A stretch of 54,414 nucleotides of DNA, filler included, from Bipalium vagum (lineage: Eukaryota), in assembly GCA_037834085.1 (NCBI GenBank). It is 3 parts of 3 records of this genome, joined end to end, with 100 filler letters (N's around TTAATTAATTAA, not from the genome) between each part and the next. Parts side by side here need not be neighbours in the genome. Positions count along the whole stretch, not along the records: positions 1 to 16,385 come from JBBMKC010106882.1; positions 16,486 to 36,409 come from JBBMKC010263967.1; 1 more part is not named here. One strand, written 5' to 3'. Positions 10,790 through 22,309 of this stretch are shown piece after piece (position 1 is the first letter of the stretch; every line of letters begins with the position of its first letter). Position numbers and translations under genes: made by a program. The notes beneath the pieces are model-generated. The model searched no databases, was not told the origin of the DNA, and was given only the letters and a program-made list of their open reading frames with translations.

Positions 10790-11523
10790 ACTTTCAATTT
10801 ATCTCACACCGTTTTCCCATGGTTTTAGGGTAACCGTATGTCTTTGTCCAGATGAAAGCCACTGCCTTTTACAACTGGAGTTATCGTATATAACCCATTT
10901 CTCGTCACCAGTTATGATACGATTCAGAAAATCTTCATCTTTTTGTTTAGAAATCAACGTGTTGCAAATTGAATAACGCTTCTTTTTTGGTCTTCGGTAA
11001 GTTCTTGAGGCGCTCATATTCTTTACCGAACCTCTTTAAACTTCGACGAATTGTTTCCAGATTGAATCCTAATTTTGAATTCATTTCAAAGAGTGTTTGA
11101 CATGGATTATCTTCGATAGATACCTTAACAACTCCTGTATCCACAGTAGTTGGCTTCCCTGATCTTAAAACGTCTTCAAAATTACCATTCAAAAATTGGG
11201 AAATCATCTGTGACATTTTCTGATAGAAAGAGTATCGGTATAGATGTTGTTGATTGACCTAGTAGCCTTCGCTGCCGTTTTATCATGTCGAAACCCATAT
11301 AGTATACAATAGCGTATATGATTTTCATTTGGTATTTCCTCTGCCATTTCTACAGATTTAATGAATATAATCAAATTATTCAAAAAATATTAAAACATTA
11401 AAATTCGTAAATTTACCCCCAAAAATATTAATTTGATATATTTAAACAAATTACTTATTGATTGAATATTAATTATTAAAAAACGACATTACTTATTTGT
11501 CGAACTAATAATATAATCATTCG

Positions 11524-11745
11524 TATTGGATTGTTCGGAAAATCACTTTTTATACCTATCTTTAAATCTTAATTTAAAGCATCCAAGTCATTTTAAAGGT
11601 TTGGATATTCAAATTGCCTGGTAGATGGCAGATCATCTTAGAACAAACAGGACAATACATCATTAATTTAAATATTTATTATTAATAAAACTTTGGTCTT
11701 ACGTTTTACTAAAAAATGTGAAGTGACCTTCCAAATAATCCAATA
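11524..11745 (+). mobile_element. mariner-derived MITE / deletion derivative
   Basis: TIRs TATTGGATTGTTCGGAAAATCACT and rc TATTGGATTATTTGGAAGGTCACT; internal LPGRWQIILEQTGQYII, a mariner C-terminus. Confidence 0.85.
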
Positions 11746-13599
11746 ATTATATTTTTATAATATTTTTATTAAATTATATTTTGATATTATTTTAATTTGC
11801 ATTTATTTGATAGTATATTTAATTTTATTATTATGACCAGAAACGAAACCTTTTATAATTATACTTTTTTGATTTTTCTTTTTTAAAAATACTTTAAAAC
11901 TTTTTACCATACTAACGTATTCTTTTCAATAGGAGCAACTCTTTCATTTTTCTAAAACAAATTTTATATCTTATAATTTAAAAAGAGGAAAAATTCATAA
12001 ATCGAAACAACTTAGAATGTTTTTATAATAACTGAATCCTCAATATAACACACTCAATTCTTTAATCGGACGGAAACCCCTTTCTAAATTGAGTCTTATA
12101 ATATTAACTAATGTTATTAATTTCCTTTCTTTTCTCCTAACTGAGATAAGACACAATGTCTACAAAAAATAAGACTTAATTGCGGATACTTGATTTTGGA
12201 CTTAATGAAATATTTACCTTTTTATTTGATAGATTTTTATATTAGAATCAGTAGCATAGATTATAATCGAAGTAAGAACAGAAAGTGTGAACAAAATTAT
12301 TACCAGAGTTTAACGAAAGTAAGCCCAGTTTAAATATAAGACGAAGGACCTCCAATTGAGTGACCCTATCGTTTTGAAGTTTCTAAAATTCAATTTATCA
12401 ATATTTTTAGAATATTGTGCGGCATGTATTTGTATGGCAATATTTGAGTGAATATTTTTGCTTTACTTATACAAATTTCTGACACATTCAAATTGAATTT
12501 CTTTAGGTATTAATTCTTATTTTTAGTTAATATTAACAACTAAAGTCATAGTTAATACTATTTATAAGTCCAAATTAAAAAAAAGAGTTTGAAACGTGCA
12601 TGTCGAGTGGATCAAAAGTATTTAAAATCTTCTGGGAGTGCAGAAATTACACATTTTAATTACAAGCTATATCAATTTCTATATATCAGTTTCTATATCA
12701 ATTAAGAGGTTAAATATTATTGTGAAGCATAAAATGATAAAATGATATTATTAATGATAATATTAATAATAAAATTATAAAAGGTGGACTGATCATTATT
12801 TTTTTATCAACTTGATATTTTTGATATAAAAATAATCATACACGAAAAATATGAATTTTAAAGAAATTTTAACATTTCCAATTTTTTATCTTAAAATGTC
12901 AGCACATTTCATCTTAAAAAAGAATCAGAAAATTGTATTACTAAATCAATCAGTTGTACAAATTAAAATGTCAACTGATTTCCGGATACACCAATTAAAT
13001 AAAGAAATTAATAAACTTCGTGCAATGATAAATTTAATCTTTCAATATATTTATTTGTGCTAACCTTTGTTGAAGCCCATCCCACAGCAGTCCAGCAACA
13101 TATGCGTTAAATCTTGAAGAACTGAGGGACTTTATCTATTTCGAAAAAGAACAAATCAAACATTTGTGCAAACGGGTTTGAGACAGTTCTGTACAGAATC
13201 ATTTTAAAGAACTTAAAATTTTATGACAAAAATTATCGGGTGACAGATTTACGAGGAGAAATTTTATAAAATTTAGAAAAGAAAATTAAGATAACACTAA
13301 AAAATAAAATTATTTGAAGGTAAGAAATTAAAAGGATACTTATTTTGGATACCCAAGAAAATAATATGTTAAACTGTCTCTTCACATTTCCAATCATTTG
13401 TTAAGAATCAGAAATTTACATTGTTTATACAAACTGTATATTTTTCCAATTTTTAAAATGTTCGTCATTTAAATAATTAACTGAGATTATTTTATGTTTT
13501 AAAGGTTTTTTTTAATTCTAAAATTATATTTTGTAAAAATTTATGTTTGAAAATAAAAAGGCCGCATTATATCTAATTTTTTTATGTATAATATATATT

Positions 13600-14070
13600 G
13601 ATTAATTAATTTATCGAATAAACAGTTTTTGTTTAAATAACAGCAGATTTTGACGCGTGTTTTTTTATTCAAAAGTGTCTTATCTTGATATCGCTGCTAA
13701 TATGGCGACCGCACTACTTTAATTTCTTGATGATGAAGGAAATTTTGTTAAAAAATGTAAGAATTATTTGGACATGTTAGGCTATCAACGAATGTAAGAT
13801 GAATGGTAGTGATAGGATTGATGAAGAATGATCTTATAGACAAGTACGAATTAACAGATTCTAAAATAGATTACAATGAATTAATAGAGCGAATGAAAAG
13901 TGAATTTAAAAAACCAAAATCAAAGTTGAGGAATTTCAAAAAACTTAAAATTATAAGCTTGAAAAAGAGCGTATCGATGTTAATGTCAACAAAGTTAGTG
14001 ATTTGATAGACTGATTAAGGGATACAAGTGGGTTAAAAAAGCTATGGAAAGAGATTTGCTATTACATCGC
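13600..14070 (+). mobile_element. Gypsy-like 5' remnant: LTR end, PBS and gag N-terminus
   Basis: ...GCTGCTAATA followed by TGGCGACCG at 13703 (PBS-like), then a degenerate helical gag-like frame (LMKNDLIDKYELTDSKIDYNELIERMKSEFKKPK). Confidence 0.55.
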
Positions 14071-14400
14071 TCGGGTTATCATAGTGGGATTTCCTTCGAT
14101 TATTGTTAGAACTGTGTCATTATCGATCTCTGTGGACTCACCAAGACGTAATTGATCTTCACAAAATATACCGAAACCGAAATTTTTATACAAATTAAAG
14201 GACGTCGCATAGTTGATACATTCTCACAAAATACTATACATATCAACCTGTGCGGTTTGGTAGCATTTGTAATGCTTTTCAATTGGTATATGATACGAAT
14301 ACTTGATATTGTCAGCCACAGTCGATTGATTTTTATTGAATTGTTATACAAAAATAAATAAAGTACCAAAGGTCATCGATATATTCTATAAACAAAATTT
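14070..14400 (-). mobile_element. degenerate mariner transposase N-terminal (HTH) fragment
   Basis: IRIIYQLKSITNATKPHRLICIVFCENVST...EDQLRLGESTEIDNDTVLTIIEGNPTMIT. Confidence 0.65.
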
Positions 14401-14559
14401 TCATTATTTTTTCTTTATTTAGTTATTAAAGATTCATTTTAAAAAGTCTAAAAACGTATTAGCCAATCTGATATTTTGGTTGAAAAAAGGAAAAACATTT
14501 TAGTAAAGTATTACAAAAATATTCTATAAATAAAAGGACTCTGAGATTCTTAATTAAAA

Positions 14560-14565
14560 TAATAA

Positions 14566-14596
<31 letters not shown>

Positions 14597-14601
14597 AATA
14601 A
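14560..14601. repeat. (AAT)n microsatellite
   Basis: Direct reading. Confidence 0.9.
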
Positions 14602-14621
14602 TTTATAATGATAATATTTAG

Positions 14622-15326
14622 ATTTTTTGTTTAGACAAGACCTGCTGCTTTGGTGATATTGAATTACTTCTTAATATGCCAACGTCTGCTTTTACTACCA
14701 CTGCTGCGAGCCACTGTGTCCTTCTTGTTTTGCAGGCTCAGAATTTTGATCGACTTCTGGTTAGAAAAAATCCTTCCAGCATTTTACTGATGCTAGAATC
14801 ATCTTATCAACGTCTTGATCTTTGGTGTAACAGACTTGGATATGTTGTACCTTTGTTACATATTCTCAAAGAACAGGCGAATCGTGCATTGAAAAATTTG
14901 AAGGGTGACAAAAATGCCTTAACTCTTACACAAGTCATGCAACAAACGGATGAAAATAAATACCAATATTTTACCCCACCGAGAGGTGCGATAATTGACA
15001 TATTTGGACCTAAGACGGTATTCTATTATATACGGAACCAGTATCACCTCCGAAAACAACACATGAAGACCAATCTCGATCAAAGAAGTCGTAAAAAGAT
15101 TTTTTCAAATCACGAAAGTTGGATCTCGGAAAATAGGAGAAAATTAAAACAACTTCCAGATAAAATTAATAAGCCTAATGACATAAACCTGAAACCCTAT
15201 GATCTGCAACCATTGGATGACTGTTATACGAAGCTATTAGAGGATCGGATAGCCGAATTTCTAAAAATTCCCAATTCCACCCGACCAACCTTTGTTGAAC
15301 CCCTTTCCAACAAATCGGTAAGCTGA
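14622..15326 (+). CDS. large exon of a cyclic-nucleotide-binding (cNMP) domain protein
   Basis: After the TTTAG acceptor (14621) a 234-codon open frame starts IFCLDKTCCFGDIELLLNMPTSAFTTTAASHCVLLVLQAQNFDRLL, matching the FGE...A.V.A...C.LL.L...F..LL cNMP pattern. Possible GTAAGC donor near 15318. Upstream exons not resolved. Confidence 0.7.
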   Translation: MFCLDKTCCFGDIELLLNMPTSAFTTTAASHCVLLVLQAQNFDRLLVRKNPSSILLMLESSYQRLDLWCNRLGYVVPLLHILKEQANRALKNLKGDKNALTLTQVMQQTDENKYQYFTPPRGAIIDIFGPKTVFYYIRNQYHLRKQHMKTNLDQRSRKKIFSNHESWISENRRKLKQLPDKINKPNDINLKPYDLQPLDDCYTKLLEDRIAEFLKIPNSTRPTFVEPLSNKSVS

Positions 15327-16385
15327 CAATTTATATGATAACTCCGTATATTGTGAAATAAAAATCGATTATCAGAAAAAAATCCCCGAGGTTTTATTAA
15401 TTCATTTATGAAATACTAAGCTGTGTAATAGGAATAGGGGTTAAAGAATAATGGTATTTTCAATAAACCGAAGGCGTTTAAAATATAATTAATAATTATT
15501 ATCACAAAATCTCTTTGCCCAAAAAAAACAGCAAATTGAACGATTTAAACAAACACCAAAATAAAAATTATTTAAATAATTATTTGACCCAATCGTCCAT
15601 TGCCATTAGTCTAATTAATTTTTATTTATTTCCAGATCGAAAATTTGAAAACCGGTGAATAAATAAAATAAATAATTGAAAAAATAGCATTATAATTAAC
15701 ACTTGAAACCTGAAAATATAGTTCTAGGATTCGCTGATTATCGATTGATGATTTTTAATTAAATCTTATACTACTCACAAAAAGTCAAAAAAAATATTTA
15801 ATTTTATAAGTTATACTTTTTAAAATATTAAAAGGTATTTTTAAATTGATCACATATGCAGGGTGCTCCAAAAGTAACCGAATTCCAAACTTAAATAAAA
15901 GGTAAATATAATAACCAACAAATTTAATGGGTATATTTAGTATTAAAAAATATTCAAAAGGTTCTTTAGGAGCATTTGAAACACTTCTAGATACTTCAAA
16001 TTTGCAAGCAAGATTGAACATTGTCAAATTACTCGGTACAGGTGTTCTGTAGTTAGCTTCTCGTCTTTCTTCAGCATGTTTGTAGCGAGTCCTTGTTTAG
16101 TAATTCTTAATATCAAAGATACATTCGTTCAGATCTAAAGTCCTATGCTGCTCTTTTAAGAATGAGAGTGCAGAAGCGCACGCTGCACAAAAGTCAAGCA
16201 ATTACGTCTCACCAAAATCAATAATATCACCCAAAAAATTCATTCCAAAGACTAATAATCGCAGAAGGAATTGAATAGTAGCGGAGATAACAAAAAATGA
16301 TATAAAAGAAGAAATTACATTAATCGCTCTTCAAATATAATTATTTTTTTAAGTTTAATTTAAGTTTGCCGTGATACCTTCATAT

Positions 16386-16485
16386 NNNNNNNNNNNNNNN
16401 NNNNNNNNNNNNNNNNNNNNNNNNNNNNNTTAATTAATTAANNNNNNNNNNNNNNNNNNNNNNNNNNNNNNNNNNNNNNNNNNNN
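16386..16485. other. artificial contig spacer (N44-TTAATTAATTAA-N44)
   Basis: Six-frame stop linker inside a 100-bp N gap. Confidence 0.97.
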
Positions 16486-16589
16486 TATAATTTTTCACTT
16501 TCAGAAATATTTCAAACGCACTGATTTTTTTGAAACACTCTATATAAGTAATATATTTAACAACTGTAACAAATTTAAAAAGTATATCT

Positions 16590-17035
16590 AATAAAGTTCG
16601 CGAATGGTTTGTCTAGAATGCAGTTCAACGGCTGCTTGTCTTGCCTTATCAACAATGGGGTTTTAGGACTTCCTCAGTCACAGTTTGTCAAACTTAGATT
16701 TAAAATTGTCAAACAAATGACGTGTGGTACGTGTGTTAGCAAAATCCTTACCAAATGAATAATTAATGCTTCTAACATCTTCTTGAGCATTATGGCCCAT
16801 TTTCTACTTGTATAAAAAAGGACATGAAAAAAATAGTTTTCAGGTTACGCCATTCTTAAAATTTGAATATAAATTCAATATTTATATAATGATTTAGTAT
16901 TATATGCTATATATTATATATTCTAAGCTTTAAAATGACAAACAAATATTTTAATTTAGTTAATTATTACATGATTTACACCTTTCCAAAAATAAATTGC
17001 TTTTAAAACGGACATTTCATACTGCACAACCTAAT
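16590..17035 (-). mobile_element. mariner 5' fragment with TIR
   Basis: TIR TATTAGGTTGTGCAGTATGAAATGTCCGTTT; KMGHNAQEDVRSINYSFGKDFANTRTTRHLFDNFKS...AVELHSRQTIREL. Confidence 0.75.
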
Positions 17036-20000
17036 ATGCATGAAATTTTATAGATTAACTTATTTTTGAAATTTAAACCAGAATTTCCAGGTCTGAAATA
17101 AATTTTTTTAAATAGTAGCTGTTTTATCACTTAATAAATTTACACGAAAAACATTTACTCGTTGTTTACAATTTTTTATAGTAAAATTTAATTCATATTT
17201 CCATTTTTTCTTTATCTGAAATACACAAATTACCTTTATATTATTTTTATATACTTTGAATTCTGAACATACCCAATGGGAACTTATTAATAACAAGAGT
17301 ACTATACAATCGGGTTTAATAATAAAGAAATATTTCTATTTTAACTATTGTATTAATTAAAAATTGCTTTTTCTTGGCTAAGCTAACACATCGTCAAGTA
17401 GCGTAGTAATTATTTAAAATCCTCTTTATTGCCTGAACTTATCAAGCGTCTTATTTATTTAGTTTCGTAATAATTTTTCATATATTTTATAAAATAATTA
17501 TAAATTTAAAAAACTGCATATTTTCGTATTCAATTCTTTAATTTTTTTATCAACTTTTATTTTATAATTAATTTTGGGGATCCAATTTAATTGAGCTCTT
17601 TATATTGTAAAACTTAAACATTTTATTTTAATAATACCAATTTAAATCTATTTGAAATTCTTTGTTAAAATGAATGTTATATTATTCAAACATATATAAT
17701 TAGAACAATTTATATTCATCTTTTTCTTAAGAAAATAAAATTCTTAATTTTATTAAAAGACCTAAAAAAAAATTTTGTTTTAATTACCTAGGAAAATATT
17801 GAATTTTGATTATAGATACTTATCAATTAAATTTAATCAGTCTCATTTCAGTTGTTTTTTCTTAATATTGACAATAAATATATTTTAAACTCATTTATAA
17901 CTTATTTAATTTATAGTGATAATAATATTTTATTTATTAAAAGAAAAGGTAAGAAAAATTCAAAAAATAAATTAAGCTGAGTGTAATCCAAAGTTTATAA
18001 TAATAAAAGAAATAATAATAATAATAAATAAATGTATAATAAGCAAATATTTAAATAAATTTTAAATATTAAAAAAAATAGTGCTAATAAATGAATAACT
18101 AATATAAATTTAGGTAAATATATTTTCACTTCAAATGAATTAAATATAAAAAATAATATTATAAAAAAAAGTCAAAACAATTAATCGATACTTTAAAAAT
18201 GATTTTATCAAACAGAACTAATAGAATTAATTATTTTTTAATTACCAATTTCAAATAAAATTTTGATAACGGTTTGGAAATAAATTCATTTATTTCTTTA
18301 TTTATTTACTTATTGATAGATCATTGGTCCATTATTCGACCATTGGAAACCGTGGAGTCATTTCAACTATTCTTGATCCTCATTCATTTATATTGGAATT
18401 TTGGTGTTATTTATTAAGGTAATTTAGGTCTTTTAATCCAAATTATTGATTTGTGCAACCATTAATATTTATATTTTTTATATTTTATTTAATTATTATC
18501 ATCCAATCATCGACTTGAGTTTCAAAATTTCAAAATGAAATTTATACATACAATTTATTTATTTCTAAACAGTTTTTTTATGATTCAGGTAAACGGCTTT
18601 AAAAATATTTTTTAAAAATAAAATCATAAAATTTTTGCAAAAAAGTGATTTTATTTTAGTAAATATTTTCTTCAATAAATTAATTAAAATAAATATTGAT
18701 AAACGTATTTTCAAACAAAAGGGAAAAAAGAATAAAAATACCAAAAAAAATAATAATAATATTTTAATAATATCAATAATTTATCAAAATAAAAATTTTA
18801 CTAATAATAAAATATTTTAAAGTTGAAAAATAAAGAAAATTAAAAAAAATATTAATTGATTATTTTATATTTCTAGAAAAAAAAGAAAGATTAAATTGAT
18901 AATAATTCTTTTAAAAACATGATCTTTTGTGATATAGTATTTACACAAGTACAATGATGCATGTCTTTATGATTAAAATTAACAAGGATGAATAAAAAAT
19001 AAATATTAAATATATAAATTATATTTATTAAATATAATTTTTAAGTATTTGAACCCTTTAACCAATTCAAAATACAGTTTTTTAATATATTAATTCTGTT
19101 TAATATATTAATTGAGAATTGAAAACAGGAAAACTGTCAAACTTCGATTTAGTAAATTTTAAAATACCTGAAGCATTTTTTCATTTGGCTCTGAATCAAT
19201 TAAAACAAATAATATCTAAAAAAAATATGGAGAGCACAAAAAATCTTATCATTGCTCATTCAATTTATGAAAAGTGCATTTTAATGAAATTGTGCATTGT
19301 CATGGTGAAATATTACCTTATTTCAATTGACAAAAATGGACCGTTTTTAGATTTACCATTTTTACACTGTAGTATACAGTATTTAATTTTTGTTAACTTG
19401 ATTACTCAATAACTTATTCGCGACCGAATCCCCAATCACACCATTGGTTCTTATAGTGTAATTCTGGTTTTTTAGCTTTTACCTAAGTTAAAATTTTATT
19501 TTCCAATTAACTACATTTCATATAAGCATATTTTTGATGTTTAAATATTAACCAATATACTCATAATTTTTTTATGGTTAGGTTCCTCGATAATTAAGAT
19601 GGGCAAATCAATTATTATAACAAAAAAAAAGATTATTAACCACAAGCGCCAAAAGATCGATTGAAAATTAGTCAACACTCTTATGAATCATGTCCTCAAT
19701 AAGTATATATTCCGTTGATAAAAAGTCAATTGATCCATGCTCTCATCCTTCGATCGACTCACGACAATACAACTTCGAAATACAAATACAAAATTCTAAT
19801 AAGGGTAATGATAATAAGGAAATGATGATTAGAAATAATAAATTAAGTAAACTAGTGTCAGTGAACAATAATAATAAAATTTATAAAACAATATAATTTA
19901 GGAAAATTCGATTATAAAAATTTAACTATTGAAAATGTTAATAATCAAAAATAAAGTGGAATAAAAATTAATAAAAAGAAATATATAATAAAAAATATAA

Positions 20001-20589
20001 ATGGAAACGTTTTATCAGTCGGAAAACTCTTCCGGGTCCATGTTTCAACAATTCCCATAATGGGTTGTTCGCTGCGACTGAGCTCAAGGGAACCTAAGTA
20101 TGACATTAAACAAAAAAGCATAGTTAGTTGTATAGTCCTCTTTCTGCTCTTTTTGCTTCACAAATATCAGATATCACTTTTAAACTTTTACCAAATATAA
20201 AAACTCTCATACAACTCTATTTTCTCAGCTCTGTTTTTCAACATCGTTTTCATTTTTCATGGCATAGGGTAACCAATGGAGACTCGTCAAGTTTGAGTCT
20301 AATTTATTTAGCTAATAAAGTCGATTATAATCAAAGAATAGCTGCTCACTGACGGCAATTCTTCTCTGAGCTTTCAGCTCCAATTAGTGATTTTGTAAAG
20401 TAAAAATTCTAGTCGGGCGTCAAAGTAAATGGATTTATCCATAAAGTCCATCAGATCAAGAGAAATTCATAAACTCGGGCAAATTTATTGAAAAGTTCTG
20501 TTTAGGGTGAAGATGAAAAATACTTTTTCTTATTTTATATTCTTTCACTTTACCATATTATTCTTAATATTAACGAATATTAAGAAGCA

Positions 20590-21245
20590 GGGGTTTCGAA
20601 GCAAAGAAATTATCCAGAAAGTCTCGAATCTCAGAAACATTTTAAAAACGATAAAAGCTTGAGTGTTTAATTGATCGAAACAGATGGTAATCTGTGGAGG
20701 CCAGGTCCAGGGAATAAGCCGCATAAAGAGAAACTTCCCAACCTAATTGTGATATTGTCTCCTGCATAAGGTTTGCCACGTGCGGTCTGGCATTGTCATG
20801 CAGTGAGATAGTCTTATGCCACCCTTGGCCTGAAAAAGGTCTTTTTTCTTTATTTTTTTAGCCAATTGCAACAATTGTTTGTTGTAACATTCAGGTGATT
20901 GTTATCCAGTACTATTTATAGAATTCCGTGCTTCTCATCTTGTATAGTTAACATCTCTGCTACAGAATTTAGAAAACCACGATCGAATTAAAGCATTAAT
21001 TTTATCCTGCTCCAAGTCCGTTTTTAAATTCTTATAAAATTAGATTTCGATTTCTCATCTTGTTTGATATGGTTTCTAGACACTAAAAATAAATTAAAAA
21101 GTAATTTAAACCAAAATTAAGAGTATTACTATATTAAACATTAAACTTCGAATTGATATAATGATTAATATTTATAAATTTAAAGAAAATTACAACAATG
21201 GTGATGCATTATCAAAACGGCAATTTCTTTTCCGGTTACCTCCCT
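20590..21245 (-). mobile_element. internally deleted mariner (DD34D)
   Basis: [44 protein letters not shown]...FLDNFFASKP; TIR-like GGTAACCGGAAAAGAAATTGCCGTTTT near 21240. Confidence 0.88.
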
Positions 21246-21249
21246 ATCC

Positions 21250-22309
21250 TTGAGTTTTATTTTCAACTAGGCTCATAAATTCTCAATAGGATTCATGTCC
21301 GGTGATTGACTAACCCATTTCACGACCTCAATGCCTGTATCTTCGAGTCACCTTGTTTTTGTCGTATATTTCGGATCCCTATCATAATGAAAGCTAAAAA
21401 TATTTTCCATACCAAGTTGATAGCCATTGGACCAATTTTTCTTTCAAAATGTTAAGATAGTCGTATTAGATCTAATTGTAAGATAGATGTAATTTCGCCA
21501 TCCAAGCATTCGAAAAACATCCCAATACCATGACTGATTGACTACCATGCTTTACTGTCAACTGGAGGCACTATACCTTAATTCCTTCTTTCACTGTCCT
21601 CCACACAGTAAATTTTCCTTTGCTCCCAAATACATTAAATTCGTGCGACCACAAGTCTGTATTCCAATCCATTTGTTCACTCAGACGTTTTCTGACTCAC
21701 TTCATCTTCCTTTGATATTCTACTTAGAAATGAAAGGCTTTTTCTTGGTCATTCAACCATGTAAACCTATCTCTCAGTCGGTTTCTGATAGTTGATTACG
21801 AGACGATTATAATATTTTCCTTATTCAATTGTATATGTCGCATCTCTGATTAATCCGATCTTTCCTGACAGTTGACTTCGAGATAGAGATAAGAGGGTCC
21901 CCTTAGGGAAATATTTATTCACGATGGATTGAACAGTTAACTTTGGACATTGCAACATATTAGAGATCTCACTACAGCTGATTCAATCATTTCTTAATTT
22001 AAGAATTGCATTTCTGAAATTAACTGAGTGTTCTTTTGACCTTTGCCCCATTATAATGTTTTTATTGCTGAAGAAATCGGAGTTCATTCAGATTACATGT
22101 TTTATAATGTAAAATTAATAACTAGTTATAATAACTATTTACCTTTATTTAAAATATATGGTCAATACATATTATTAAAACAAAATGATATGAACAATAC
22201 TGTTAGAATATAAATATTTGCATAAATTTTATTTTATGTAATTTTATTTTGTTTTCTAATTAAATTTCATAAACAGTTTTGTTAAATGCAAGGAGTTACA
22301 TCAGTACTG
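21250..22309 (-). mobile_element. degenerate Tc1 (DD34E-type) transposon
   Basis: FHYDRDPKYTTK...GIEVVKWVSQSPDMNPIENL; TA-CAGTACTG terminus at 22309. Confidence 0.82.

Larger units (their letters stand above)
9651..10808 (-). mobile_element. TRIM (miniature non-autonomous LTR retrotransposon) with tRNA-derived LTRs (Helenus/Cassandra-like)
   Basis: Perfect 5-bp TSD (CCGTT at 9646-9650 and 10809-10813). Intact 3' LTR 9764-9651 (114 bp, TGT...ACA). 5' LTR split into 10808-10790 and 9934-9897. PBS directly after the 5' LTR, PPT directly before the 3' LTR, 132-bp non-coding interior. Confidence 0.93.
7881..11508 (-). mobile_element. mariner transposon with both TIRs, split into three pieces by nested retroelements
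   Basis: 30-bp TIRs TTAGGTCGACACATAAGTAATGTCGTTTTT / TTAGTTCGACAAATAAGTAATGTCGTTTTT (2 mismatches) flanked by TA. Transposase pieces: 11347-10809 (ENHIRYCILYGF...RIITGDEKWVIYDN), 9650-9516 (TVLL..WWSARGVIHYELLQPG...RVILHHD) and 8163-7958 (ISPFDYHIFR...FFDSKPQDFY...NNGAYV). Confidence 0.93.

Noticed and set aside
10456-10797. Separate 113-aa ORF
   Set aside because: Off-frame overlap; the true RLE frame (CRRC...ETLSHVL) is the one continuous with 10070-10549.
2236-14400. Uni-strand piRNA-cluster-like array of TE fragments
   Set aside because: Fragments occur on both strands outside the single nested mariner.
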